A stretch of 64,000 nucleotides of DNA from a virus (Duplodnaviria > Caudoviricetes), in IMG/VR virus record IMGVR_UViG_2974602649_000001, positions 1 to 64,000 of that record. One strand, 5' to 3'. The translations under genes and the position numbers were made by a program. Every line of letters starts with the position of its first letter. The first letter of the stretch is position 1. Below are positions 1 to 9,585 of this stretch, piece after piece. The notes under the pieces were generated by a model. It was not told the origin of the DNA. It saw only the letters and a list, made by a program, of their open reading frames with translations, and made no database searches.

Positions 1-1
1 T

Positions 2-433
2 TGTTTTGTAATAACGAAGGCGTCGGTCGGGAATAAGTCTCGACCAAAACCTTTCTACTATAGTGCTCAAGCTGCTGTTGAGATTAGGGAGGAGTTCATT
101 GTTGACTCACTAATGGGTAAGTATGGTGGACATAAGACCAGAAAGGAGCCTAAGAACGAAAAGCACTCTGTCACGTATCGGTGGAAGATTACCGGCCCAA
201 GACTAGGGGATTTCTGTAAGGATGTGTTACCATCCCTTCTGATTAAGAGGAAACAAGCGGAAACAGTACTTAGCTTTTTAAAGATACGGGAAAATGATAC
301 CACCAATGCTGTAACAGACAGTCAGCGTCTTGAGCAAGAACACTACAGGGGAATTATTATGGAATTGAATACTAAAGGTGTAGGGGATATTCAACATCGC
401 CAATTGATTGCTGGTAACGTTAAGGAGGGTTGA
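2..433 (+). CDS. LAGLIDADG-type homing endonuclease, C-terminal part (5' end outside window)
   Basis: Frame is open from nt 2 (CFVITKAS...YYSAQAAVEI...KYGG...YRWKITG...VLPSLLIKRKQAE); YRW-x and PxLxxKxxQA motifs are typical of single-domain LAGLIDADG enzymes. Confidence 0.75.
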   Translation, partial: CFVITKASVGNKSRPKPFYYSAQAAVEIREEFIVDSLMGKYGGHKTRKEPKNEKHSVTYRWKITGPRLGDFCKDVLPSLLIKRKQAETVLSFLKIRENDTTNAVTDSQRLEQEHYRGIIMELNTKGVGDIQHRQLIAGNVKEG

Positions 434-435
434 TT

Positions 436-609
436 ATGGAATATGAAGAGGTTCAACAAACAGTTGCACGAGCATGGGGCTCATTTAACCACCAACTGAA
501 GATTGCAGGATTTACCACAGAACAGGTGGAAGAGTTTGAATGGTTGCTTGATCTGAAAGATGGGTACAATAAAGTGTTTGACGCCGCAATGGAGGCTGCT
601 AATGGTTGA
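436..609 (+). CDS. hypothetical protein (57 aa)
   Basis: AAGGAGG RBS, ATG at 436, stop overlaps next gene. Confidence 0.6.
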   Translation: MEYEEVQQTVARAWGSFNHQLKIAGFTTEQVEEFEWLLDLKDGYNKVFDAAMEAANG

Positions 610-1042
610 AAAAGTAAATGAATATGGTGAGTTCGATCAATATCTCACCCAACTAGACCTGATGCTCCATCCCAAGTGGAAAGAGTTTGTAAAGGGTGAT
701 GACAGCGTATTTGAGACGATTCTACACGACTTTGGTGCTGACCTGAAGTTTGGGTTCACATCAGAGGTAGAGACTGTTAGAGCGCGTCGTAAGGACTTGT
801 ATCCGTATCAGCAAGTACAAACAGGTCTAGTTGTCCGTTTCCGCGAGCGTCGGGATAAAGCATGGGAGCCATATCGTTGCATTACTGATATTGTTCGTAC
901 GAACATCGGCACTACTACGGATGCTCTGGCACGAGTTGGCATGATGGAATCTCTGGGTACTACAAACCCATTGAATGAAGCTATTGAGAAAGATGAAGGT
1001 TTCGAAGTGGCAGTACAAATTATTGAACTTGAAAAGGAGTAA
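602..1042 (+). CDS. hypothetical protein
   Basis: ORF track 560..1042; GGAGG RBS favours ATG at 602. Confidence 0.7.
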   Translation: MVEKVNEYGEFDQYLTQLDLMLHPKWKEFVKGDDSVFETILHDFGADLKFGFTSEVETVRARRKDLYPYQQVQTGLVVRFRERRDKAWEPYRCITDIVRTNIGTTTDALARVGMMESLGTTNPLNEAIEKDEGFEVAVQIIELEKE

Positions 1043-1045
1043 GAC

Positions 1046-2887
1046 TTGGCAAAACGTAAATATTTGGGTATTGAAATTGATTACTCCCGGGACCGCCTAA
1101 TTCCAGAACAAGGCATGGCAATGCTTCAAGGTGAAGGCTTCTATAAGATTGACGGTGAAGAGTCCCCACAGGAAACATTCGCACGAGCAGCTACTTGTTT
1201 CTCCTTTGGTGACTTTGCATTTGCACAACGGATCTATGACTACGTGAGTCTGCAAGATTTCATGTATGCATCTCCGGTGTGTTCTAACGCTGTTGAGATT
1301 ATGTGGCCTGAGTTCACCGAGCATGAGTTCGATAAGGCTGGTGATTGGTTGGCAGCGAACGTGAAAGCCGAAAGTATGCCGATTAGTTGCTTCCTAAGCA
1401 TGATTGACGACAGTAAGAAAGGTTTGACCACTACTGACGCTGAGGCTAAAGAACTTAGCATGGCTGGTGGTGGTGTTGGTATCTTCATGGGTAACCGTAG
1501 TCCTGACGATAAGTCTACTGGTATTGTTAACCACTCTGCTGTGTACGATGCGATGGTTGATGCATATCGACAACGTGCAACTCGTCGTGGTTCTATTGCA
1601 CTATATGCTGATGTAACCCACCCTGAGGTTCGTCCTTTCATGCAGTTGCGTGATCCAACTTCTGGTGGTGCTGATGCCAAGAAGTGCTTCAGTATCAACA
1701 ATGCATTGAACTTGACGGATGACTTCATGCACAAGGTTATCAGAGGCGAGAAGTTTGAACTGGTAGATCCGAAGCATGGTGGTACTGGTCGATTCGAAGA
1801 TGCTCGTCAGTTGTTTGAAGATATGATGCAGACCCGTAAGGATACTGGTGAACCGTATTGCTTGTTCATCGATACTGTGAACCGGAATATTCCTAAGCGA
1901 ATTACCAACCCACGGTATCGTGTACGACAGTCGAACCTGTGCTCAGAGATTACTCTGTACACCAGCTTCAAGCGTACTGCTGTATGCTGCTTGTCCAGTA
2001 CTAACGTTGAGCAATACGACAAAGAGAAATGGGATCGCATGATTCCTGACTTGATTCGTTTCCTTGACAACGTGCTTGAGTTCTTTATTCGTCTGGCACC
2101 ACCAAGTATGGCTCGTGCTGTTTACTCTGCGAAGAAAGAGCGAGCATTGGGTCTGGGCTTTATGGGTTGGCACTCATACTTGATGAAACATGACATCCCG
2201 TATGAGTCTGGTGGTTTTGGTGGAGCAACTCAACATGCTGTTCGTATCCATAAACATGCGCATCAACTTGCTGAACAAGAAAGCCTCCGTCTGGGCGCTC
2301 TGAGGGGTGTTCCTGATGACTTGGAAGGAAGTGGGCACCGTAACAGCCACTGGTTTGCAGTCGCTCCTAATGCCTCTTCTAGCTCGTTGTTGAACGTGTC
2401 CCCAAGTGGTGAACCATGGGCTGGTCTGGCATTCATGGCTCAAGGTCGTGCTGGTTCGTTCATGATTAAGAATAAGTACTTTGAAGCTGTTCTGGAGAAG
2501 TATGGTAAGAACACCAACGAAGTATGGAGTAAAGTACTGGAGGATGACGGTTGTCAGAACCTTGACTTCCTGACGGAACATGAGCAGAATGTGTTCAAGA
2601 CCCTGCGTAACATCAGTCCTATGTGGATCATTGAACATGCTGCGGTGAAACAGCCCTACATCTGTCAAGCACAGTCGGTTAACATCTGGGTTCCGCCTGA
2701 TATCACAATGCAAGAGATGGTGGATATCCACATCTACGCATGGTTTAAAGGTTTGAAGTCGTTGTACTACTGCCGTAGCACCACTGCTGTGAAAGTGAAA
2801 GTTGGTAACGGACGGGATGCTCCATTGGGTGCGTTGAAAGTACGTAAGAAGATTGAACTAGAGGAGTGCTTGGCCTGTCAAGGCTGA
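1046..2887 (+). CDS. nrdA: ribonucleoside-diphosphate reductase alpha subunit (class I, no obvious ATP cone)
   Basis: PISCFL, GGGVG, SNLCSEI, CCLSS, APNASSS, KSLYYCR, C-terminal CLACQG; TTG start after AGGAG. Confidence 0.97.
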   Translation: MAKRKYLGIEIDYSRDRLIPEQGMAMLQGEGFYKIDGEESPQETFARAATCFSFGDFAFAQRIYDYVSLQDFMYASPVCSNAVEIMWPEFTEHEFDKAGDWLAANVKAESMPISCFLSMIDDSKKGLTTTDAEAKELSMAGGGVGIFMGNRSPDDKSTGIVNHSAVYDAMVDAYRQRATRRGSIALYADVTHPEVRPFMQLRDPTSGGADAKKCFSINNALNLTDDFMHKVIRGEKFELVDPKHGGTGRFEDARQLFEDMMQTRKDTGEPYCLFIDTVNRNIPKRITNPRYRVRQSNLCSEITLYTSFKRTAVCCLSSTNVEQYDKEKWDRMIPDLIRFLDNVLEFFIRLAPPSMARAVYSAKKERALGLGFMGWHSYLMKHDIPYESGGFGGATQHAVRIHKHAHQLAEQESLRLGALRGVPDDLEGSGHRNSHWFAVAPNASSSSLLNVSPSGEPWAGLAFMAQGRAGSFMIKNKYFEAVLEKYGKNTNEVWSKVLEDDGCQNLDFLTEHEQNVFKTLRNISPMWIIEHAAVKQPYICQAQSVNIWVPPDITMQEMVDIHIYAWFKGLKSLYYCRSTTAVKVKVGNGRDAPLGALKVRKKIELEECLACQG

Positions 2888-2912
2888 GCCTCACGCACTA
2901 AGAGGAGATTAT

Positions 2913-3911
2913 ATGTTTCAAGAGAGTTTGTCCTACCGTCCGTTTAAGTACGCCTTTGCTGTAGAAGCTGCTAAAAGGCAAATGATTGACCTTCATTGGG
3001 ACGTACACCAGCTAGATTTGACTGATGACGTTCGTCAGTACCACAGTCCCGGTGGAATGAGTACACCAAGCGTAAGTCATGATGTGAACAAAGAGATTTT
3101 GCGTAAATGCATTACCCTTTTCACCGAAATGGACAGGGAAGTTGCCGGTGGTTATGCTCGAATTCTCCCGTTTGTTAAGAACAACGAGATTCGTAACTGG
3201 ATCATCACAGCAATGTGTAAAGAGGTTACTCACCAACGAGCATACGCAACTGCTGCTGAGACGTTCGGCTTTGACAACGAGGCATGGGAAGGCTTCTACG
3301 TTTACAAAGAGATGACTGACAAGCTTGATGTAATGTCGGACATCATGTGGGACGAAGCCGATAGACCAGAGATGAAGTTCTGCATTGGTTTGTCTCAAGT
3401 ACTACTGGGTGAAGGTATTGGTCTGTTTGGTGCATTCAGTGCCTTGCTTAACTTCAAGCGTTGGGGTAAGATCATCGGATTCAACGATGTGAACCAATGG
3501 TCGCTGGTAGACGAGCAAGACCACGTAAGTACTAACATCCTGATTCTCAAGGAAGCTCGTAAATTCCTGAGTGAAGCTGAGAATATTGCCCTTGACAAGA
3601 TGATTCGTAAGATGATTCAGGCATACGTCGAGGCTGAGCACAAGCTGATTGACCTGCTGTACGTTGATGGTGATCAGGAAGGCTTGACAACCGCTGAGGC
3701 AAAGGATTATATTGACTACCTTGGTGAGCTTCGTGAGATGCAACTGGGTCTACGTAAGGCTCGTGATGTTCGTGAGAACCCGCTGATGTGGATGGAATAC
3801 ATGCTGACTGGTGCGAAGCATGACAACTTCTTTGAGAAGCGAGTCACTGATTACTCTCATGCTAAGCTTGAAGGTCCGGTGGATTACACCCGATTCCTAC
3901 ATATGGTATAA
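2913..3911 (+). CDS. nrdB: ribonucleotide reductase beta subunit
   Basis: Y-R-P-F-K-Y N-terminus, EVTHQRAY, EGIGLFGAF, DEQDH, NFFEKRVTDY. Confidence 0.97.
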   Translation: MFQESLSYRPFKYAFAVEAAKRQMIDLHWDVHQLDLTDDVRQYHSPGGMSTPSVSHDVNKEILRKCITLFTEMDREVAGGYARILPFVKNNEIRNWIITAMCKEVTHQRAYATAAETFGFDNEAWEGFYVYKEMTDKLDVMSDIMWDEADRPEMKFCIGLSQVLLGEGIGLFGAFSALLNFKRWGKIIGFNDVNQWSLVDEQDHVSTNILILKEARKFLSEAENIALDKMIRKMIQAYVEAEHKLIDLLYVDGDQEGLTTAEAKDYIDYLGELREMQLGLRKARDVRENPLMWMEYMLTGAKHDNFFEKRVTDYSHAKLEGPVDYTRFLHMV

Positions 3912-3914
3912 AAT

Positions 3915-3937
3915 ACCCGCTTCGGCGGGTTTTTCTT
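3915..3937 (+). terminator. intrinsic terminator
   Basis: ACCCGC-TTCG-GCGGGT followed by T tract after nrdB. Confidence 0.9.
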
Positions 3938-3963
3938 TATGTGAAGAAAAGTGAAATTAGGTG

Positions 3964-3991
3964 TTGACACCACCATCAGAGGTGATAGAAT
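3964..3991 (+). promoter_or_regulatory. sigma70 promoter
   Basis: TTGACA-16bp-TAGAAT with A-rich upstream element. Confidence 0.8.
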
Positions 3992-4039
3992 GAGCACATC
4001 AAATGATGAGAATCAGCATAAACCAACAGGAGAAAAGAA

Positions 4040-4327
4040 ATGAGTGCATTCAAAGAAGGTCAGCGTGTAGTAGTTATTGGTTCGTCAAAAGGTTTCAATG
4101 ACTCCTCTGTGGGAAAACACGGAGTTATCGCTATAATTGACAATAGCAACCTTCCTGTCCTTGTCCGGTTCGATGATGACGATAGTGATTGGGGGTGCTT
4201 TGAGGAAATCATGCTTGAGATGAGTGCTGATGAGGCAATGCAGCATCTCGCAAAAGCGGCACTTGCTTTGTCTCGTGCTCAAGATGAGTATGATGAAGCA
4301 CTCAAGATTGCTAAGAAAGTTTGCTAA
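4040..4327 (+). CDS. hypothetical protein with KOW/SH3-like beta-barrel
   Basis: FKEGQRVVV...G.I..ID...PVLVRFD pattern; AGGAG RBS. Confidence 0.7.
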   Translation: MSAFKEGQRVVVIGSSKGFNDSSVGKHGVIAIIDNSNLPVLVRFDDDDSDWGCFEEIMLEMSADEAMQHLAKAALALSRAQDEYDEALKIAKKVC

Positions 4328-4346
4328 CAAAATTAAAGGAGAAGAA

Positions 4347-4961
4347 ATGAATCAACAATTCAAGCTGGGTGACAAGGTACGAATCGTAAATGAACAAGGG
4401 TTCTTTACCATGAACATTGGTCGAGTGGGTAAGATTGTAGAAATAGACAATACCAGACTACCAGTTAAGGTTGAATTTGATGACTATGGCGAAGACATTG
4501 ATTCGTTCGACTATGGCAAGTACGAAGGTATCGAACTGGTTGAAGCTGAAGCTTTAGCAGACACAGCACCTGTAGTTGAACTTGTAGTAGGTGATCGTGT
4601 TATCTGCGTCAATCAGGAAGAACTACCTGATGATTTCGGTAAGAAGGGTACTGTGGTAGAGAAGTCTTCGTTCGGTGGTTCGAGAACTGTCAGTGTAAGG
4701 TTTGATGGTGAACATCATAGCAAACTGTACCTGCGTAGATCATTCAACAAGATTGATGAAGAATTGGCTGATGAAAATTCTGTTGTAGACAACCCGGAGG
4801 TGACTGTGGGAAGCGTTGTAGAGAAACCCGAGAGTGACCGCATTAGCCTGTTGACCCCAGCACAGCTTCGGGTATACAATGCGGCAGTAAAGCTTAGTGA
4901 GGCTCAACTTGAGTTCACCAAAGCAATTGACGCTCATCATGCAGAACTTCATGGAGAATAG
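4347..4961 (+). CDS. hypothetical protein with two KOW/SH3-like repeats, paralogue of upstream gene
   Basis: FKLGDKVRIV and LVVGDRVICV repeats; C-terminal helix resembles that of the upstream ORF; AAGGAG RBS before ATG 4347. Confidence 0.7.
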   Translation: MNQQFKLGDKVRIVNEQGFFTMNIGRVGKIVEIDNTRLPVKVEFDDYGEDIDSFDYGKYEGIELVEAEALADTAPVVELVVGDRVICVNQEELPDDFGKKGTVVEKSSFGGSRTVSVRFDGEHHSKLYLRRSFNKIDEELADENSVVDNPEVTVGSVVEKPESDRISLLTPAQLRVYNAAVKLSEAQLEFTKAIDAHHAELHGE

Positions 4962-5422
4962 AGTTGGATCTTTTTAATGCGATTGGCCTTGGTGCAAGTA
5001 TTATTTTGTTCTTTGTGAACTTGGAAGGTATGGTTGAGGACGGGCACCCTATGGCCGCAATCGGTATGTTGTTTTCTGGTATTGCAGCAGTATCGTTCAC
5101 TAACGCACTCTTTGGCTAAGGAAAAGAAATGACTACTCTGCAAATGCTTGGCTTGGGTCTTGGTGTTGCGAACCTTGTTGTTTACTACGGCTTTGGTGGT
5201 AAGGAACACAACTTCTATAGCGGTGTTGCCGCATTGGTTGCCACCGCACTATCGATTGGAGAAGTATTTGGATGAACAACCCAGTTCAGTCTTTCGAGGA
5301 CTTTGTAAAAGATTTGAAAGGTGAGGTTGCATTCACCCAACGGGATATGTACAATATGTACCTCATCGGTCGTCTTGACGGTGCAATTTCCCACACACAA
5401 CTATCTGTAAAGGAGAAAAAGA

Positions 5423-6043
5423 ATGACTCGTGAAGAATTGGAAAAACAAAAGATCCTTACCCCAGAAATTCTGGCAATGGCACCAAAAGATGCTACACAC
5501 TTCCATCCATACAACGATGGTTCTGAAGTAGGTGGCGGGTCGTGGTGTGCTGCATTCTTCCACAAGAATGTGGAGGGTATTGACTTCTTCAGCTACGGTG
5601 AAGACTTCGGCTGGCGTGCTCACACTGACTTCGGTTCGTGCCCAATGAGATTCAATCGACTGATTCCAATCAATCGTGAGGAGAAGGTTGACCCTGTAGT
5701 TGCTGAAGTGGTTGCACAATCGTTTGACAACATTGACTTCGACTCATACCCTCTGCCAGAATGGGCATTGTGTGAGAACAAGCACAAGGTTCTTGTCCCG
5801 GGTACGCAACTGGCAACTAAAGATGGTCGTCACACTGGTAACGCTCACATCATCCGAACTCACACTGCTGACTGGGATAGTGAAGTTCGTGTTTACCAAT
5901 GCTTGACAGATGCGGGCAACAAGATTAATATGCTGGAATCTGAACTACGCCACCAGTTCTACATCGGTACATTCATCAGTCACGTTGATGATGTGCTTGA
6001 CAAATTTGATCGTCAAAACCTGTTCTTTAAGGAGCCTAAATAA
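5423..6043 (+). CDS. hypothetical protein
   Basis: 206 aa ORF with AAGGAG RBS. Confidence 0.75.
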   Translation: MTREELEKQKILTPEILAMAPKDATHFHPYNDGSEVGGGSWCAAFFHKNVEGIDFFSYGEDFGWRAHTDFGSCPMRFNRLIPINREEKVDPVVAEVVAQSFDNIDFDSYPLPEWALCENKHKVLVPGTQLATKDGRHTGNAHIIRTHTADWDSEVRVYQCLTDAGNKINMLESELRHQFYIGTFISHVDDVLDKFDRQNLFFKEPK

Positions 6044-6203
6044 TGATTACTACCTTTTTGATTTTGTACATGCTCGGTATTGCTTTCTTCGGTCCAATCT
6101 TTGGTCATGGTGAAAAGCAAAAAGATCTTCCTTTTGCAATGCTGGCAGCACTTCTCTGGCCTTTCACCTTGATTGGCGGATGCATCATGATGGTGACCAG
6201 TAA

Positions 6204-6533
6204 GTGAAGTACGTAGCATACGGTCCTTGGTTCACTTACAATGCGTGTCCACAGTGTGAGCGGCCTGTTAGTAGTGAGGATATTTATGACAGGCGTTGTT
6301 GCCCTGACTGTGGTCGAAGTGGAACTGTCATGCTTGACTATGCAGTGATGACCGCTAGACGGGCTTACACCAAAAAGACATGGGTGCCATTCATGTCAAA
6401 GTATGAGATTGAAATCAAAGGTCGCAAAGATCGTTTTAGTGGAGGTGGCTACAGTTTAGGCATGTCTAGTCACCTAAGCACTATCGGAATGAGCAACCTG
6501 ACAACAGCAGCCGCTGTAGCTGCTATCTTCTAA
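6204..6533 (+). CDS. putative Zn-ribbon protein
   Basis: CPQC...CPDCG. Confidence 0.6.
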   Translation: MKYVAYGPWFTYNACPQCERPVSSEDIYDRRCCPDCGRSGTVMLDYAVMTARRAYTKKTWVPFMSKYEIEIKGRKDRFSGGGYSLGMSSHLSTIGMSNLTTAAAVAAIF

Positions 6534-6689
6534 GGAGATTACTGTGAAGTGGTATAACAAGCTTGGATTTGAATGGTCAACGGTAGGTGCTGTATCTCAA
6601 TTGAGTTTCCGTAACCGAGTGATTTACACCAAGTGCGGGATCTGCTACCGTATTCTGGGTATTGAAATCATACTGAGGCATAAACAGAA

Positions 6690-6902
6690 ATGAGTTATAG
6701 CATTTACATGAACGATGGTCGAGAGATTCACGACTACATTGAGACTAAGATTGCTGAGGGTATTGCTGAGGTAATCGGGAATCTTAGCCTTAACGTGGAG
6801 CATGAGTCTGCTTCTGATTATGGTTCGGGTTATGTCAGAGTCGAACTTTACATGGGTGAAGACATGATCACCTCAAGCAGGGCAAGTATCTATGAACGCT
6901 AA
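6690..6902 (+). CDS. hypothetical protein
   Basis: ORF in co-directional run. Confidence 0.6.
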   Translation: MSYSIYMNDGREIHDYIETKIAEGIAEVIGNLSLNVEHESASDYGSGYVRVELYMGEDMITSSRASIYER

Positions 6903-7170
6903 GATGGTTTACAACGTAACACAGTGCCTTCAACCAAACATGGCTGAATACGCTTCCGATGAACATATGATGCGATGGATGGACTATGCAGTATGGTTGG
7001 ATGACTTCGACTTCATCGTCGCTACAGAAGGCTGTGAGGAGCTTGTAGGGCTACTTAACCAGATCATGCGTGATGAGTTGAGCACTTCGGTGAAGCATGA
7101 GGCAGCAGTTGATGTTGCCAGCACGTTGCAGAACCTATATCCTGAGTTCCGTAACAAATTCAAATTCTGA
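6892..7170 (+). CDS. hypothetical protein
   Basis: ORF overlapping previous stop. Confidence 0.6.
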   Translation: MNAKMVYNVTQCLQPNMAEYASDEHMMRWMDYAVWLDDFDFIVATEGCEELVGLLNQIMRDELSTSVKHEAAVDVASTLQNLYPEFRNKFKF

Positions 7171-7202
7171 TTTTCAAATTAATCTAAAGAGGAGTAATAA
7201 AC

Positions 7203-7439
7203 ATGGCTAAACCACAATTTCTGATTCGTATTGGCTACAAGACTGGTCAAGTAGAAGAGTTCTGGTTCGACAAGTTCAAATTCAATCGCGTTGAAGGCAC
7301 CGATGATGTGGCAGGTATTGAGTGTATCTTCAGTGATCCAAATCAAACCAACTTTATGTTTGGATTGACTAACATCGCGTATGTATATCAAGTTGCGGTG
7401 CGTATGGTTGAAGGTGATGTGATTGAGGAAGCCCAGTAA
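7203..7439 (+). CDS. hypothetical protein
   Basis: GAGGAG RBS. Confidence 0.65.
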   Translation: MAKPQFLIRIGYKTGQVEEFWFDKFKFNRVEGTDDVAGIECIFSDPNQTNFMFGLTNIAYVYQVAVRMVEGDVIEEAQ

Positions 7440-7663
7440 TGGGTGCCTCGGTTACACAGGAATTCCTAGAGGCTCACGGCTTTCGTTTGAAAGCGTTTCC
7501 AGATGGAAACTTCTGGGTGCGCACCTACTGCATGGGATACACGTTGCAAGTAGATGAATCACTTGAAGGCTTCACAGAAGACAATCAAGGGTGGATTGAA
7601 CAGTACACTGAAGAAGGCTTCATGTATCTGGTATTGGATCAACAACGCGCAATCGATGAGTAA
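7439..7663 (+). CDS. hypothetical protein
   Basis: TAATG coupling to previous gene. Confidence 0.6.
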   Translation: MGASVTQEFLEAHGFRLKAFPDGNFWVRTYCMGYTLQVDESLEGFTEDNQGWIEQYTEEGFMYLVLDQQRAIDE

Positions 7664-7819
7664 GGAGTAGTATTTGAACAACGTGACACGCTTTGAGAAC
7701 ACCAAACAACGCCGACTCAATTGGGAGCAGGAGGAACAACGGAAAGCGGAACGCCGTGGTCACAAGAAACGAAGGGATATTCGTAAGTCCCGTCACACTG
7801 AATTTGAGGAGAATGAAGA

Positions 7820-8080
7820 ATGAGTGTATTTGATGTTCGAACCAATACTGAGTCACCAATCACTGAGATTCGATTTGCTGATCCTGAGTCTGCTAATGGA
7901 ACCACACAAGCCGACCGACTAGTACAAAGCGAAGCTTATGCTGGCTGTGTAGCTCTCTGTGACAGTGATTACGACCCTGATTATGATAATGCTGGTATGG
8001 TGCTACTGACTAGTAGAGAACAAGCTCAGAGCCTCGCTTTAGCGCTTCAGAAAGCCATTGAACTTGGATGGTTGAAGTAA
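7820..8080 (+). CDS. hypothetical protein
   Basis: GAGGAG RBS; followed by terminator. Confidence 0.65.
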   Translation: MSVFDVRTNTESPITEIRFADPESANGTTQADRLVQSEAYAGCVALCDSDYDPDYDNAGMVLLTSREQAQSLALALQKAIELGWLK

Positions 8081-8088
8081 TACAATAG

Positions 8089-8112
8089 ACCCGCTTCGGC
8101 GGGTTTTATTTT
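8089..8112 (+). terminator. intrinsic terminator
   Basis: ACCCGC-TTCG-GCGGGT-TTTATTTT, same stem as at 3915. Confidence 0.9.
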
Positions 8113-8149
8113 ATCTGGAGAAAAGTAATTAGGGTAAGGTTCGGGTCTG

Positions 8150-8300
8150 TATGATTTTTCAAAAACCGATCTCATTTTTCCGAGTCCAATTTTTGCTCCA
8201 AAATTCCCACGGGGGGTGTTTTAGGGAAAATGGATTCTGTTTTCGATTTTGGAATTTTGGGAAAAGTCGATGAGGGAATTCTGGTGGGAAATGTGGACGC
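8150..8300. other. A/T-tract-rich non-coding segment, candidate left boundary of a long terminal repeat
   Basis: Spaced T and A tracts, G6 run; GATTTTGGAATTTTGGGA resembles GATTTTGGATTTGTGGGA at 21174. Confidence 0.45.
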
Positions 8301-8456
8301 GAATGAGATGCATTCTCAGATGCTTATAGGATCTGTTCTCATTCTCTATTGCAAATGCAAACGGTTCTGCTTTCCATTCTCGAAAAGAAAGCTTTTCTAA
8401 CAGTCGGGCACTCTCCCGCCGACCCCTCTGGGCTGGCAAGATGTGTATATGTGCTT

Positions 8457-8484
8457 AGTCTATCAAATCCAACAGCAGTGTCAA
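8457..8484 (-). promoter_or_regulatory. leftward sigma70 promoter
   Basis: minus strand TTGACA-16bp-TAGACT. Confidence 0.6.
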
Positions 8485-8494
8485 TAATTATTTT

Positions 8495-8528
8495 TGGCAC
8501 GTATTATGCAATTGCAAAAGTCATGCCA
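8495..8528. promoter_or_regulatory. head-to-head pair of sigma54 (-24/-12) motifs
   Basis: + TGGCACGTATTATGCA (8495-8510); - TGGCATGACTTTTGCA (8528-8513); 2 bp gap. Confidence 0.65.
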
Positions 8529-8600
8529 ACTTAAATTTCAGGCTCCCGCCCTGTTTGTCTCCGGTGCTCGGCTCCATGCCTGCGTTGCCCGCTTGTGAGT

Positions 8601-8628
8601 ATTATACACCCCTGAAAAGCAAAAGCAA
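8601..8628 (-). promoter_or_regulatory. leftward sigma70 promoter
   Basis: minus strand TTGCTT-16bp-TATAAT. Confidence 0.65.
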
Positions 8629-8648
8629 CAACTATTTACAGCGATTGT

Positions 8649-8664
8649 TGGCACGTTCTTTGCT
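8649..8664 (+). promoter_or_regulatory. sigma54 -24/-12 motif
   Basis: TGGCACGTTCTTTGCT fits TGGCACG-N4-TTGCW exactly. Confidence 0.7.
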
Positions 8665-8782
8665 ACGCGTACACGCGCGGTCCTTTAATGCCCGGGTATA
8701 AAGAAAAGTGAAATTAAGTATTGACGTACATTCTCCATGCTGTATGATGTGCCCATACCAAACAAACACGGAGCAAAACACC

Positions 8783-9019
8783 ATGCGTTCTATCAAGTCC
8801 CTAGCTCGTGAGGCTTACATTAACCGATACGCTTTCCACAAAGTAACCATTGCAACAGATGGTACAATGCTGGGGCATTGGGAAAAGACTTGGCTTGATT
8901 CGGTGAAGTTGGGTAATATCAATGATTGTTCCACCTTTACAAAATCGAGCAGAACAGGTGTGCAATTCCGTAACCGTGACTCTGTAGTCTTCACATTCGG
9001 AATGGATGTTTTGAAATGA
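8783..9019 (+). CDS. early hypothetical protein
   Basis: GGAG RBS, downstream of promoter 8721. Confidence 0.7.
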   Translation: MRSIKSLAREAYINRYAFHKVTIATDGTMLGHWEKTWLDSVKLGNINDCSTFTKSSRTGVQFRNRDSVVFTFGMDVLK

Positions 9020-9029
9020 GCGTGGTCTA

Positions 9030-9317
9030 ATGCAAGGTAAGTGCCAGAATCGAAACGAATTGAAGGCAGCTAAGGAGGCTGTCTTTCAATTCCTGAAAAG
9101 GAACGGACATAAACCGTTCCAGCAATCTCAGTTAGTCCCGTATATGACCCGGGTGATAGGTGACGTTCAACATCAGGTTAAGACTGATATTAAATGGTAC
9201 ATTGATAACCTTTGGGTGGAAGTGATAGCACATGGTGTTTACCGTGTGCGACTTGATCGGGATATGAGCCGTTTAAAATATCGCAATCAATGTTCAAAAA
9301 AGTTCTTGACTAGGTAA
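9030..9317 (+). CDS. early hypothetical protein
   Basis: ORF track. Confidence 0.55.
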   Translation: MQGKCQNRNELKAAKEAVFQFLKRNGHKPFQQSQLVPYMTRVIGDVQHQVKTDIKWYIDNLWVEVIAHGVYRVRLDRDMSRLKYRNQCSKKFLTR

Positions 9318-9362
9318 ACCATTCCTGTAGAATGGGTGACACAAACAAAGCGGAGCGGTAAA

Positions 9363-9584
9363 ATGAAACACAGTACTTTCATGGAAACCTACAGTGGCGA
9401 AGTTCGTTGCATGGTGACTTACACTGATAATTTTGGTCGTACGATGAAAGGTATTGCCTTGCAGGAACCAACAAAAAGCATTGTTACAGGAAAGTACTGT
9501 GTAGACGTTGATAGTTTCGTCAATCGTGTGCCGCTTAGCCGTATTCACAAAATCGAACGTACTGATAAACGTTGGAGCAACTAA
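9363..9584 (+). CDS. early hypothetical protein
   Basis: GGAG RBS after promoter 9306. Confidence 0.7.
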   Translation: MKHSTFMETYSGEVRCMVTYTDNFGRTMKGIALQEPTKSIVTGKYCVDVDSFVNRVPLSRIHKIERTDKRWSN

Positions 9585-9585
9585 C

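Noticed and set aside
1046-3911. Intron or intein in nrdAB, or genetic-code reassignment
   Set aside because: Both genes are contiguous and of compact normal length; all core genes read through under the standard code
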